Origin: Octopus vulgaris
Taxonomy: Eukaryota
Direction: 5' to 3'
Assembly (NCBI GenBank): GCA_951406725.2
Contig: OX597821.1
Coordinates: forward strand, 102,486,001 to 102,550,000
DNA: 64,000 bases
This document shows positions 39,291 through 53,944 of this stretch, one piece after another. A program made the position numbers and the translations under genes. The first letter of the stretch is position 1; the number at the start of each line of letters is the position of its first letter. The notes beneath the pieces are model-generated. The model saw only the letters and a list, made by a program, of their open reading frames with translations. It did no database searches and was not told the origin of the DNA.

Positions 39291-40262
39291 TCATAATATT
39301 TTGTTTTGTTTCATATTTCAAGTTGCTTTCTTTTCCAAGCAGTCTCTATCTACTTAGAAGAATTTCGCGACACCACACCCAGGTATCTTTCTCCAATATT
39401 AACTCAGTTTAAGGCGGTGAGCTGGCAGAGTCGTCAGCACGACGGGCAAAATGCTTAGCGGCATTTCACCCGTCTTTACGTTCTGAGTTCAAATTCCGCC
39501 GAGGTCGACTTTGTATTTCATCGTTTCGAGGTCGATAAAATAAGTATCAGTTTCGCACTGGGGTCATTGGAATCAACTTACCCCTCCCCCGAAGTTGTGG
39601 GCTTTGTACCAAAATTTGAATCCAATATTAGCTCAGTTCCATGTCGTGTGTTTCTACCAATAACATTTACGTGATTGAGAAGTTTTCTCATTCTTTCTTC
39701 ATCTTTCTCTACATTTCCTTGTCTGCTCGCCTGATTTCCTGTCTCGCCAGCGTTCCTGCTTACTGATCGTTGACAATTTCTCCCTTTCATTCTCTCTCCA
39801 TATTGCCAATCTTTCATCTACCTATTTATCTAACATTTCTTTAAAGCACTTATTGCTCTCTCTCTCTCTCTCTCTCTTCTCCCCCTCTCTATCTCATCCT
39901 ACAACTGGCACTCTACGTGACTTGGAATTTTGAATTCTGAGCCAGCACAAACTTTACAATAAATTTGTCTCTAGTTTCAATATTGAGTCACTCCATGTTC
40001 TGTCGTTATTCTTAAACTAACTTTAAAATATTTTCTAATTTCGGTACAAGACTAACCGGTAATTTTGAAGGTAGTCGATTAATCGATACCGCCGATTCCA
40101 ATTCTTCCCGAAAGTCCACTCAGCGGAGTTTAAACTCAGAACCTAAATAGTCGATAGAAATATCGCAAAGCATTTATCCCAACGATCCAACAGTTCTGTC
40201 TTCTCATCGCCTTAACTAGCTTTAAAATAATAACCTGAATTTAGCATTTACATTTAATTCTA

Positions 40263-40479
40263 CAATGGGGTGACGAAAATTTTCTGGCTTTAAGAGTGTT
40301 GTGAAAAGCCTGGCTGGAGACCCAACCTTCCGAGTTATTTTACAGGGCTTAGAAAAACTGAAGGACCGCTGCAATAAGTGTGTGAATCTGAAAGGGCAAT
40401 ATGCCGAGTAAAACCATGATTAACTGATCCACCTGTATTTTCTTTTAAGCAAAGCCAGGAACTTTTTAGCACCCTCTCG
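40263..40479 (+). mobile_element. Internally deleted mariner derivative
   Basis: TA flanks, imperfect TIRs, transposase C-terminus remnant GLEKLKDRCNKCVNLKGQYAE*. A similar small TIR remnant lies at ~41390-41490. Confidence 0.7.
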
Positions 40480-41726
40480 TATGTATCAACGGTCTCTCTT
40501 CGTTATGCTCTGTAGTCTCACTGCAAGTAGTGATCTTGAAAAAATAGGGGTCATGCAACGTTATGACACTTACATATTGAAGACATACTCTTTAGGTTTG
40601 TCACCCACCAGTTCGTTGCTCTTTCTGCATTATAAGTTGATGAAAACGATCACATGCTTTCACATATATTCTAATTAATTCGAACGCGGGGAGCCCACGC
40701 GGGAGCCTCTACATCATAGCTGGGGAGGGGCTCATCTGCATTTAGATTTTGTAAAGTTGCGTAGCCAAGTGGCTATGGTACTGCGCTCATAATCGTAAGA
40801 TCGTAGTTACGATTCCTGAACTGGGCGGTGCGTTATGTTCTTGAACAAAACACATCATTTCACGTTGCCCCAGTCCACTCAGCTGGAAAATACGTTCCGC
40901 AATAGCTGGGAAGATAACCATATAACGAACCGGTTTCCCGTCCAGGAAGGGGTAGGGTTATAATCTCGATCACTCAGACGACAAAGAAATCCGGTTAAAC
41001 CCTGGTACTATAAGTTCTGCGACTCATGACGGACCTAAACCTATGCTTTAGAATTTCAAAACTACCAAGTTGAAGATGTCTCTAAAAAAACCTCCACTAA
41101 AAACAAAAAACAAAAAAAAAACGGGTTAAGCATTAAGACCACCAAAACATTAACAGGCGTGGATGAGTGGTAAGAGGTTTGATTACTTGGGGCTGGCCAG
41201 ATTGGAGCAATCTCGAGTATAATCAGCCGAAGTTACGAAGATAATCTGGTACTCGACTGAAGAAAGAAAACTTCGAATGACCCGTCCTTGTTTTCTTTGT
41301 ATCGTCTGCCTGGATGTTTCGTTGTTCCTTTTTGTATTACCTAACTGTCCGGATGTTTTGCGTCCTTGTCCCATTTTGTATTATATATAGGAGAAGTGTA
41401 TGAAAAGTTTTGAGCCTTGAAGTCTTGTACCTTCATCAGAAGTCTTGTACCATGTTTTGCTTTTTTGAGGCTCAAGACTTTTCATATACATACACAAATA
41501 AGCACGCACACACGCACACACACACACACAGCTTGACAACCGGCGTTTACGTCCCCATAATTTAGTGTTCAGTCAAAGAACCAATAGAATAGGTACCAGG
41601 CTTAGGCTTAAAAAAAAAATACAGTTCCAGGGTCGATTCATATTTTCGACTAAAAAAATTCTTCAAGATGGTACTCCAGCATGGCCGCAATCTAGTGGCT
41701 GAAATCAGCAAAAGATAAGTTGCTTA

Positions 41727-42122
41727 TCTTTATATATAAAAGTAAGGTTGTGTGCTGTCTGTCTCCTACGATTTAGATTCCTAACTACTCCCACATTTTG
41801 CAGTGCAGTTTAACCAAAACCGGGTATCTTATAGTCGTGATTCATATCGAGCCCTTCTGGGTATTAGCGCGCGTCTACGATGAGTCTACGATTTAAAAAA
41901 AAATTTACCATCAATTTTTCCCATTTTTAATGCATTTTTGGCATATATAAGGGAAGTAACTCTCTAAAAATTTATTATTAAATCTCAGAACGTAAAAAGC
42001 TACAGTAACACCCCCACTTTGTGGTTAGCCATATTGAGATGGCTATTATACTTTACATCTCTAAAAATGCTTATATAATTATTTCCCTTACAAACCCGAG
42101 CAACGCCGGGCGATACTTCTAG
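41727..42122 (+). mobile_element. Non-autonomous Helitron-like element
   Basis: A|TC start (tctttatatataaaag), GC-rich 3' hairpin cccgagcaacgccggg (42095-42110), terminal CTAG|T, no TSD. Confidence 0.8.
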
Positions 42123-42319
42123 TCAATTTATAAAGCGAAAGACATTATTTTTCCTTCTGAGCACAGCTGCGCCCTCTTCAGGTTTTGAATTTTAATTTCT
42201 TCCTTGGTATTCATATATGGTCAGTCTTCCTGTACTGTATTGCTATAAATGTACACTTCTTTTGTTTTTCGGAAACCTGGTCAGTTTATTAGTAAGCTAG
42301 TGAGTTATTTTGTTTGTTT

Positions 42320-42570
42320 GTTAGTTCGTTTGTTCGTCCGTCGTTGTCGACGTTGACCAAGGACATCATATGGGAAAAGATGGGACACGGTGTGTCCGGC
42401 TTTGGCCAATCAGTCCAGTGCATTCTCGGAAGTCTCTGCTGCAGATCGGGCATTGGTGGTTCTGTTGGGACTGAATACAAAATGTTGGTTTTGAATTTGC
42501 GTAGTTCGCTCTGCAATCCTGTTCTTTTCGTTGGAAGTGGCACCTGCAATTCCATTCTGTTCGTGGTATC
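42320..42570 (-). mobile_element. RTE (BovB-like) LINE 3' end
   Basis: C-terminal C2H2-like remnant CPICSRDFRECTGLIGQSRTH followed by a gtcgacaacgacggacgaac tail. Confidence 0.65.
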
Positions 42571-42637
42571 ATAAACACGTAAATTAAACGACTTTTTCAT
42601 CGACAACATCCGGATAGATTGTGAAATAGTTTTCATT

Positions 42638-42797
42638 GGTACATTATTTACATTATTTAGATTCGACGGATATTTGTCCTCATCTTGTTTCTGGTTAACA
42701 TAACGTTTCGGCTGATATACCTTCCAGCCTTCTTCAGGTGTCTTGGGGAAATTTCGAACCTGGGTTCTCATTCCTAAGGTATTTTTCGATGTTATCC

Positions 42798-42829
<32 letters not shown>

Positions 42830-42852
42830 GTTCAGGTCTCAATAACAATAAC

Positions 42853-42883
<31 letters not shown>

Positions 42884-43115
42884 GTAATGATAATGATAAT
42901 AATAATAGTAATGATAATAATAATGATGATGATAATAATAACATCGAAAACTACCTTAGGAATGAGAACCCAGGTTTGAAATTCCCCCAAGACACCTGAT
43001 GAAGGCTGGAGGGTATATCAGCCGAAACGTTGTGTTAACAACAAAGAAGATGAGGACGAATATCCGTCAAATGTAAATAATGTACATGATTCCTCATCTC
43101 TTAAATATAGAACTG
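42638..43115. mobile_element. Penelope-like element end in inverted (fold-back) arrangement; collapsed copy at ~26775-26915
   Basis: ~160-bp arms (42640-42800 vs 42935-43090) are reverse complements around an ATT/AAT tract; each arm carries a hammerhead motif. Confidence 0.8.
42991..43036 (+). ncRNA. Minimal type I hammerhead ribozyme motif (Penelope-associated)
   Basis: gacac-CTGATGA-a-ggctg[gagggtatat]cagcc-GAAA-cGTT-gtgtt; palindromic AACGTT in place of stem III; mirror copy with CTGAAGA on the - strand at 42697-42742. Confidence 0.75.
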
Positions 43116-43586
43116 CATTTTTCATTGGATGTTTGTTTTTCGAATTTTCAGTCTGCTGCATCAGCAGCAGCAGCAGGAGCAACAACAACTACAACAACAG
43201 CAACAACAACAACAACAACTTCAGCATCAGCAAGAAATTAAAAGAAGAATCTATATAACAATCTCCCTTTTATTGTTCATTATGTTTTTTTTTTTCCAAA
43301 CAGATTCTTACACTTTGAAGTTTTTTAATTTATATTATTAAATTAAAATTCAAAAAAAAAAAAAGAAGAAAAGAAAAATACAGCGACCCGATTAAACGTT
43401 TAATTATTCCCAATCAATTAAAAAAAAAAAAGACCTCCCATTATCAATATTTTTTTCCGGAATGGGTGTGGAGTGGGTGGTGATTAATTTTTTACAACGC
43501 ACAAAAAAAAAAAACAATCAAAAAAAACAAAATGTACACAAAAATTCTTCATAAAAAATGTTCATCTAAAAGAAATTCTTTGAGAC

Positions 43587-43703
43587 AATTGGAATATTCG
43601 ATGAGTGTAATTAATAAAGATTCATAATTGGAATATTTGATCAGTGCAACTAATATGGTTTCCTAATTGGAATCTTCGATCTGTGTTACTAATATGGATT
43701 CTT
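43587..43703 (+). repeat. 39-bp diverged tandem repeat, 3 copies
   Basis: aattggaat(a/c)tt(c/t)gat...taata... units at 43587, 43626, 43665. Confidence 0.85.
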
Positions 43704-43852
43704 AATGAAAAATATACAAATAGTCCTGGTGCAGACAATATTTTTTTAATTCTAATACATACATACATACATACATACATATACACATATACACACACAC
43801 ATATATAATATTATATATGTATGCGTGTGTATGTATAGACATATATATGTGC

Positions 43853-43907
<55 letters not shown>

Positions 43908-43947
43908 TGTATATATATATATATGCAATATTGCATATTATACACAA

Positions 43948-43978
<31 letters not shown>

Positions 43979-44015
43979 AAATATTGTATATATATATATA
44001 TGCAATATTGCATAT

Positions 44016-44059
<44 letters not shown>

Positions 44060-45639
44060 AAATATTGTATATATATATATATGCAATATTGCATACTATA
44101 TATACACACATATATATATAATATTGTATATATATATATATATATATGATATTGTATATATATATATATATACGTATATATATATATATATATATATACT
44201 TAAGCATTTATGCTCTCACACACACAGACACACATACTCATACACGCACGCACACACACACACACACACGCACATACACGCACACACACACTTACATACT
44301 GTAATAAATACAAAATGAATGATGGACATAAACGAAGGACAAGTGTTCACAACATGGCGTCTATGAATATAAATTCATCGCTTTGTTGGTAAGAAAGGGT
44401 GAAAAATTTTGATTAAAAAACGTCTTTGAGCGTTGCTAAACAATTTTTTTTGTTCTAGCAAAACGTAGATTCCAGAATATGAATACATAATTTTTTTTTT
44501 ATATTGTAGAAAATATAAATTCCGATGGTATTCCTATAGTTTGCTGTGTGTGTGTGTGTGTGTGTGTGTTTGTGTGTTTATGTGTATTTGTGTGTTTGAA
44601 TATGTGCGTGTTTGTGTGTATGTGAGTGTGATTCTGTATTTGACTGTGTGTGTGTGTAAGTGTACACTTACACACATATGTGTATATGTATATGAAAACA
44701 GGTATGCATAAAATGGTTTATATTTCATTTCACAATTTGTTTAAAGGAAACATTAGTGTTTTCACAACATTTCTGAATGTCATCACGTTTTTGCATTTTT
44801 TTTTGGAAAAAAATTTTTATATAAAAAAAGAAAGAAACAAAAAACAACAACAACAATAACAAAACTAATAAATCCAATACATATATTTAAATGAAAGTGT
44901 ATGTTTGCAGATACATGCACATACGCATATGCATGTACAGCGTAAGTGTAAATAGAGACATGATATACAGACATATATGTATATCAGTGATATATGATTG
45001 TGCATGCACGACTCTTAGTCTGTTTGAAATCCGATATATACATATAGACACACAGTTTGTTAAATACCTTCCTCTCATTTCTGTTTTAACAAATTTGTGT
45101 TACTATTAGCTATGATATTTTATACTGAATTTATCATTTTCGAAAAGCGTAAAGGCGCGTGACCTAGAAGTTAGGGTATTGCACTCATGATCGTTAGATC
45201 GTGGTTTCGATTCTTAGACCAGGCAGTGCGTTGCATTCTTGAGCAAAAACAAATTCATTTCACGTTGCTCCAGTCAGTACAGTTGTGAGTCACAGCAATA
45301 TCTGGGAACTTAACCCTGCGATGGACTAGCGTCCTATTCGGGGGGAGTGATGTAATCTCAGTCATTTACGCTCGATGAAAATCAGGTTAAGCTCCAGTTT
45401 TTTGACCCAGGGGCTCATGACAGAGACCTAAATTCCTAAATTTCGCCCCACCAAAAAAAAAAAAAAAAAAAGGGAGTGTTGTCTTTGCTGTGTGGTAAAA
45501 AGTTTGCTTCTCGACCACAAGATTCTGGGTTCAGTCCTACTGCGTGGCACCTTGAGCAAGCGTCTTCTACTATAGCCTCGGGCTAGCCAAAGCCTTGTGA
45601 GTGGATTTGGTAGACGGAAACTGAAAGAATCCATCGTTG

Positions 45640-46090
<451 letters not shown>

Positions 46091-46847
46091 TACACACACA
46101 TATTTATTTATATGTGAGTGTATATGTGTGTGTGTCTTTGTGTTCGTCCCCGTAACTAGCGGTTCGGCAAAAGCGACTGATAGAATAACTAACAGACTTA
46201 AAAAAAAACCCTCAAAAAACAAATAGTTTCGTTCAACTAAAATTCTTCAAGGCGGTGCCCCAGCATGGCCGCGACTGAAACAACCCAAAGAAAAGAAAAG
46301 TAAAGAAAAGGGAGTAAACAAGAAATGCCCCAAAGTATAATTCCCGGTTAATGGCTCACTTCTGCTCGTTCTCTTGTCCGTGTGATTGGTGTATATAATA
46401 CTTGCTATTTATTTTTGTTCCTAACGTATTGGTTCAGATTTTGGCACGAGGCCATCAATATTTGGGGACGGGGGATGGGACAGTTGTAAGATCAATGCGG
46501 TTTAGGCTTATGCTTAGTTTAAGCATAAACTGTAAGTTAAGTTGATGTCTGCAGTTATAAACGATAATTTCAGTGCGTTGAGGTACAAAACGAGTAGTTA
46601 TAATAATAATAATCGTTATAATAATAATAATAATGGTTTCATATTTTTCCAAAAGGGCAGCAGTTTTGCGGGGTAGGGATGAGTCGATTACATCGACCTC
46701 AGTGTTCAGTTGGCATTTATTTTATCGACCTCGAAAGGATAAAAGGCAAATTCAACCTCGGCGGAATTTGAACTCAGAACACAGCGGCAGACGAAATACC
46801 GCTAAGCATTTCGTCCACTGTGCTAACGATTCTGCCAGCTCGCCACC

Positions 46848-46880
<33 letters not shown>

Positions 46881-47104
46881 GTAATAATAATAATCCTTTC
46901 TACTATAGGCACAAGGCCTGAAATTTGGGGGTAGGGGTAGTCGATCACATCGACCTCAGTACGCAACTGGTACTTAATTTATCGACCCCGAAAGGATGAA
47001 AGGCAAAGTCGACCTCGGCAGAATTTGAACTCAGAACGGAGCAACTGGTGAAATGCCGATAAATATTTCGCTCGGCGTACTCACGATTCTGCCAGCTCGC
47101 CGCC

Positions 47105-47138
<34 letters not shown>

Positions 47139-47219
47139 CAATAATAATAATAATAATAATGATGGTGATGAACCCCAAGATTCCGAGTTCAATGCCAAGC
47201 AGTGACCTGAACAATAATA

Positions 47220-47255
<36 letters not shown>

Positions 47256-48117
47256 TTGATGATGATAATCCATTCTACACAAGGCCTGATTTGGAGCTAG
47301 GAGGTAGTCCATTGCATAGACTCCAGTATTCATCTGGTACTAATCTCATTGGCCCTGAGGGATGAAATGCAATGTCGATCTCGGGGGAATTTGAATACAG
47401 AACGGGAAAAGACGGGGGCATTTTGTCCGGCACGGTACGATATAACAATCTACATACGTTAGTGACGTAATGGATAAGGGCGCCTCTATCGGATGAAATG
47501 CTTGCGTCATTTGTTGCAGTTTTTGCGTTCAGAGTTCAAATATCGCCGGGGTCAGCTTTGGCTTTTACCCATTCGTTGTCGATAAAATAAAATACCAGTC
47601 TAGAGCGGTGTGCCGGCAGAATCGGTAGGGAGCAGAACAAAATACCTTCCGGTATTTGCTGCAGTTCTTTACGTTCTGACTTCGTTTTGCGACGTTATTG
47701 GTGTCGAGTTGTATCAAAAACATTACCTTTCGCTCGGACATCATTGTTTAGCGAGGAGAGCCTCGCTGAACGAGCAGCTTTCTGGTTTTCCTTTATAAAC
47801 AAATAAATATATAAATATATAAAATAAATAAAAAAAAATTCTTAGGTGTAGAATGATGGTTAACTCTGACCAATGGAAACCATACAAATTATCCGTAGTT
47901 TAGAAATAAAGATCCCTAGCTCGAAGAACAAGAACCCTGATGAAGATGAGGGAAGTATTGTGTATTACATATACAAGGACACACACACACACACACATAT
48001 GCACACCCACCCACGCACGCACTCACGCACATACACGATATATGTAATATATTTCCATATGTACGTATATATATATGTGCGTGTATATATATATAATACA
48101 CACACATTCATATGTAC

Positions 48118-48149
<32 letters not shown>

Positions 48150-48152
48150 ATA

Positions 48153-48219
<67 letters not shown>

Positions 48220-48310
48220 ATATATATATATGTATATATATATGTATATATATAAATAAATGTATATATATATATATGTATATATGTATATATATAAATA
48301 AATGTATATA

Positions 48311-48344
<34 letters not shown>

Positions 48345-48372
48345 TATATTTATATATGTGTGTGTGTGTATG

Positions 48373-48404
<32 letters not shown>

Positions 48405-48409
48405 AATAA

Positions 48410-48463
<54 letters not shown>

Positions 48464-50052
48464 GTGTGTGCTTGCGTATGTGTGTGTATATATATAATGA
48501 TGAATTTAACAGTCCAAAATGTTCCAGTCTTATTACTAAACAGCTCATTACAAACATTTAGACATTCAATCATACTTTACATTTGAAATCATTACAATCA
48601 CTAGAAGCGCTGCAGTGCTAGACTACCTACAAGGTGAACAATGAGATGGAAGTTCGATTCCCAGTTGAACCATTTCACTTTATTCATTTGAGTTTCCTGG
48701 CCACCGTCAACAGCTTGGAGAGGGACGGATTCTTGCTCTGGTGACTGACCATTTATGGAAACGTTAGACAGTTAATAGTTAATAGCTTGAGTGTGGGTGG
48801 AGGAATGGGACGGACCCTGGGCATGGTGACGCCTTACCATGGCGCTGTTATATGGAAAATAGTCGACAATCTTCTGTGGAGAGGGACGGACTCTGAACAA
48901 GATGATATGCTCTTAGGGCATTAAATAAATACTTAAATTTCAGTAGTCACCCAATTACGAAATAATGGTTAAAAAAGTTTCATGCTTAGGAATCTACAGG
49001 TGGTGGAGTTGTTGTTCTTGACGGTGGTGGTGGTGGTGTGGTGGTAGTATTTAATTTCTTACCCCAGGTCAGGCCAGAATAACCAGATCTGTTATCAAAA
49101 GGCTATCTAGCCGTGACCATCCTGTCTTTTTGCTTTCTTTCTTTCTTCTTTGCTTTTGCTTTATCAGTGACTGTGTATCTAAGATCACATTATCAATGAG
49201 TCATTTCTTTACGACAGTGTCGTGTGATTGGAGGAAAATTTGGCTACTATTTCTAACAAGTCGTGCCACTTAATAGAAGCTACTCCACTGCCGAGTTCAT
49301 TGCATGTCTGACACCAAACTTAGGTGTCAGAGATTCGAAACCGGTTACAGTTGGTTTGCGGCGTATCTATGATTAAGACACTTTATATTCAATGCCACAA
49401 TTCACCAGGTGTTAGTAGGTGAAGATCAACTTCTTGAGACTAAAAGCAGTCGTGGAATTTTCGCCTACAAAAGTTTATATTCAATAGTATTACTTTATCG
49501 TTATAATAAATATGTTTATTAGTTTGAGAAAGAGGCCGAATTACTTGCTGTTTTGTAAGAGGGGTAATTATAAACCACCTGATTAACAATAATGAATTCA
49601 ATAATGAGATACACGAATCTACCAGGAGTATTTACGAAGTAAGTGAAACAGCTATGACTAGGAATCGAAATCCACTTCTCATACTCGGTTTGCTGGGAGT
49701 TTACCATCTGTATTGCAACTTTTGTCATTAAACTAAATACTGCAGTATTCAAATTAAAAAGTGGACTAAGAAAGTTAATAGTTATCACGTGACTATGCAG
49801 TCATCACAGCGTGAAAACCATCGAAAAATAAACAACAAAAGCGTTATAAAGAAGATGCTGAATATATAGAGGAGTGTCATAGTATTTAAGAACACATACA
49901 CACACTTATGCACGCACGCACACACGGACGCACGCACACACACATGTATATATATATATATATCTATATATAGATATGTATGTATATGTGTATATATATA
50001 CATATCTATATGTATGAGTATATATATATATATATATACATACATAGATACC

Positions 50053-50083
<31 letters not shown>

Positions 50084-50520
50084 GAAAAATATATGGTACA
50101 ATATAATATATATGTATATGCTTGTGTGTGTGTGTGTATTCTCATCCAAAATTAAGATAAGTACCAACGTTTCTATGTGGTACGCTTAAACAATTGTAAA
50201 GAATCTTTTTACGCGAAACTATTGGTAGCCTTGTTAACGCACAAATATAAAAACACAGACACACGCACACACACACAAATGCATAAGCAATATGTAAGCA
50301 ATATATAAGGTATATAGAAACAACAGACTTCGACTGTTAGAAACGTTAGAAATGTTGGAACATTCGAAACATTATATTTTGATCTGAAAACCAGCCACAA
50401 GTCTTATTCATTCTACGGTTGGTAAAATAAGCCAGGGACAAAGAACCGGAGTGTCGATATAATCGACTGAACGCATTAAGGTAACAGCCTCCAGCACCGC
50501 ACGGGCTAATGACTGAACTC

Positions 50521-50555
<35 letters not shown>

Positions 50556-50637
50556 TGATGATGATGATGATGATAATGATGATGATGATAATGATGATAA
50601 TGATGATAATGATGATGATGATGATGATGATGATGAA

Positions 50638-50688
<51 letters not shown>

Positions 50689-50932
50689 CTTTTCTAATAT
50701 GGGTACATGACCTGAAATTTTGGGGGGACTAGGCAAGTCGATTACATCGACCCCAGTTCTCAGCTGGTACTTATTTTATCGCCCTCGAAAGGATTAAAGG
50801 CAAAGTCGATCATGGTGGCATTTGAACTCTGAACGTAAAGACCGACAGAATGCCACTAAGCATTTTGCCCGGCGTGCTAACGATCCTTCTGCCAGCTCGC
50901 CGCATTTCGCTGCCTTAATAATAATTATTATC

Positions 50933-50988
<56 letters not shown>

Positions 50989-51777
50989 TAAAAATAAAAA
51001 TAAGCAATGTAAATTACAAGCGAAAGAGGCTACTCCTGCTATACTCTTATGAACCTGCTAGAAACGCTGATAATTATCATGCATTCCAAATCCTCGCCAA
51101 ACCGTTATTCTTATATGATGTCGGCAAGAGAGAAAGATATTGAATAACATTTAACATTTGAGTTCATAATTTAACATTTAAGTTCATTCCATCATTGTCT
51201 ATCATTCATTTACTCTTCCTTTTCTCCCTCTCTTCTTTTAATTGTCTTTTGTTTTTCGCCTCCTCAACTTTTTTGCTCATTTACCAAAATGGGATTCGGT
51301 CTAAGGTGATATTAATAGCAAGTTTCACACACGCGATACATTATACATTCACACATAGTCACATACATACATGCTTACATTTCTGTTTTCCTTTCACTGT
51401 ACATTTATAATCCATCTTACTTCTGACGAAGGACTGCTTACCAAAACGTCAAGACTGTTTCTCGTCTTTTTAAGCGTTAAACTAATACAACATTTGTTAA
51501 AACTTGTCCCCTCTGTGTTGTCTTCTTTTTGTATTCACTGTCTTAACACACACACACTCGCACACATACATGTAAATATATATAATACACTGAAGTACTC
51601 AGGAAATGTCATACAAACACACACACACGCACGCAAGCACACATACATACGCTCACACTCAAGCTTTTGCTTACAATCGTACAACAAATGTATATCGTTG
51701 TGGCCAACAAATCTTTGCCCACATATCGTTGTTATTTTGAAAACTCCATATGCTTTCATTGTCTGTAGCTAGTAATG

Positions 51778-51867
<90 letters not shown>

Positions 51868-51886
51868 GTGTGTGTGTATATATATA

Positions 51887-51951
<65 letters not shown>

Positions 51952-51969
51952 TATGTATATATATGTATG

Positions 51970-52003
<34 letters not shown>

Positions 52004-52170
52004 TATACATATATACATATACATACATACATACATACATATATGTCTGTATATATGTATACATATATATGTGTATGCATACACACACATATATATACAT
52101 ATGCATATATATATATATATACATATATATGCATACAGTTACAAATATGTACAATACAGATATATGCATG

Positions 52171-52282
<112 letters not shown>

Positions 52283-52373
52283 TGTCTTTGAAAGTGACTG
52301 AATCGCCCCTAACAGACAGACCGCCTGTGTAATTAAATATTAAACAAAATCGTTCAATAGTCGTCTCCCCTGG

Positions 52374-52776
52374 TTAATTTACATGGTTTATCATGCAAGT
52401 TCCGCTAGAGACGCTACTTTGACGTAATAATCTTTTGACAAGGTGTCGTGTCCGACAGTAGAACACCGCAAGAACAACCACTAAGATGGACAGTAGTATA
52501 CATGCAGTCATAAGTCCCCAAGCCGGGTCGGGTTCGATGCTGTCTCGCGGCAGGCGCCGCTCGTACGGATTTTTCTCGTAATTTGCAAAATGTAAATCAC
52601 GTCTTCGTAATTCTGGTACTATCTTGTTCCAGAATGCCATTTTCTTGGGTTTGAAACGGATATTCATTTCGATGTGAGGTTCACCACGCTGGTTTTTAGT
52701 TATCAGAGCGTAGATTGGTTTCTCTGTTGTGTATCGGTCAATGTAGAAGTTTTTTAACGACATCAAAGAGGGTAAA
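52374..52776 (-). CDS. Type-B carboxylesterase/neuroligin-like protein, terminal coding exon with transmembrane helix
   Basis: Minus-strand tttcAG acceptor; phase joins the 59874 donor (GG|T = Gly); LPSLMSLKNFYIDRY...KMAFWNKIVPEL...WGLMTACILLSILVVVLAVFYC (TM), short tail, TAA at 52374-52376. Confidence 0.85.
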
Positions 52777-53009
52777 CTGAAAAAGAGAGAAAATGAAACT
52801 ATACATAGTAAAATAAGAATGGGAAACGGTTTAGCTGGCTAAAACAGAAATATGCACAGTTAATAGATGAATATCTAAGGAACTCATAATTCAAACCATG
52901 ATAAGCGAAATTGAAAAATAGCATTCCATAGGTTTTATTTACATTGCTACGACGAGCTATCGCTAAAACTGGTGACCCCTTAGAAGAAACAAGCACTACA
53001 ACCTAGCTT

Positions 53010-53780
53010 TTCAACTTTCAATACACCGCGAATATGCTAACCAAATTGTCTGAGAATCTTTTCGCCCTCTCTGTCGTGGTAGCCTCTTTCGAACCGTCAC
53101 CACTTGTCGTCGATACGTTGGCGATCGCTTGAAGGCGGCGAGCTGGCAGAGACGTTAGCACGCCGGGCTAAGTGCTTCGCGGTATTTCGTCTGCCGCTAC
53201 GTTCTGAGTTCAAATTCCGCCGAGGTCGACGTTGACTTTCATCCTTTCAGGGTCGATTAAATAAGTACCAGTTACGCACTGGGTTCGATGAATTCGGCTT
53301 AATCTGTGTTTCTGTCCTTGTTTGTCCCCTCTGTGATAGCCCCTTGTGGGTAGTAAAGAAATAGGTATTTCCGTCTGCCGTTACGTTCTGAGTTCAAATT
53401 CCGCCGAGGTCGACTTTGCCTTTCATCCTTTCGGGGTCAATAAATTAAGTACCGGTTACGCACTGGGGTCGATGTAATCGACTTAATCCGTTTGTCTGTC
53501 CTTGTTTGTCCCCTCTGTGTTTAGCCCCTTGTGGTTAATAAAGAAACAGATACGTTGGTGATCGCATCTCAAGAGCACAATGCTGTTTCTCAACTCACCA
53601 AACGATTTCAACTTCGCCGAGATGCCAGTAGACAACTTGCAACATCGTAAATACTAATAAATACTAATAAGCTCTTTTTTGTCTTGTTTTCTTTGTTGTT
53701 CATCTTAAGAAAAAAAGAAAAAAAAAAGACCCGGTCAGCATCGGCTACGTAAAACCGGCTCCCCTTAAATCTCAAACAAC
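53010..53780 (+). mobile_element. Possible highly decayed Ty3/gypsy remnant, interrupted by a SINE dimer
   Basis: After removing the SINE (17-bp TSD gatacgttgg(c/t)gatcgc at 53112 and 53549) the flank reads VVASFEPSPLVVDTL...LTKRFQLRRDASRQL (gag-like); VSIGYVKPA at ~53734 resembles the integrase-end VSIDRLKPA. Weak evidence. Confidence 0.3.
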
Positions 53781-53944
53781 ATCAGCTTCAGCCCCTGAAC
53801 AAACGGACCCAAGAATATCAGCACGTTCTTCCACTGATGCTTCCAGGTTAAGTTAACGAGTGCTTTTTCCAGAACAATAGCAATAACAAAAAACAACAAA
53901 ACTACACAAACACCAGAACGAGGCGCCAAACAGGATCAAATATT

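Noticed and set aside
41255-41290. CTGAAGA...CGAA as a hammerhead in the 41.2/59.3 kb repeat
   Set aside because: GAAA is replaced by GAAT in both copies and there is no convincing stem I or III.
43129-43341. Poly-Q ORF
   Set aside because: (CAG/CAA)n microsatellite without splice or homology support.
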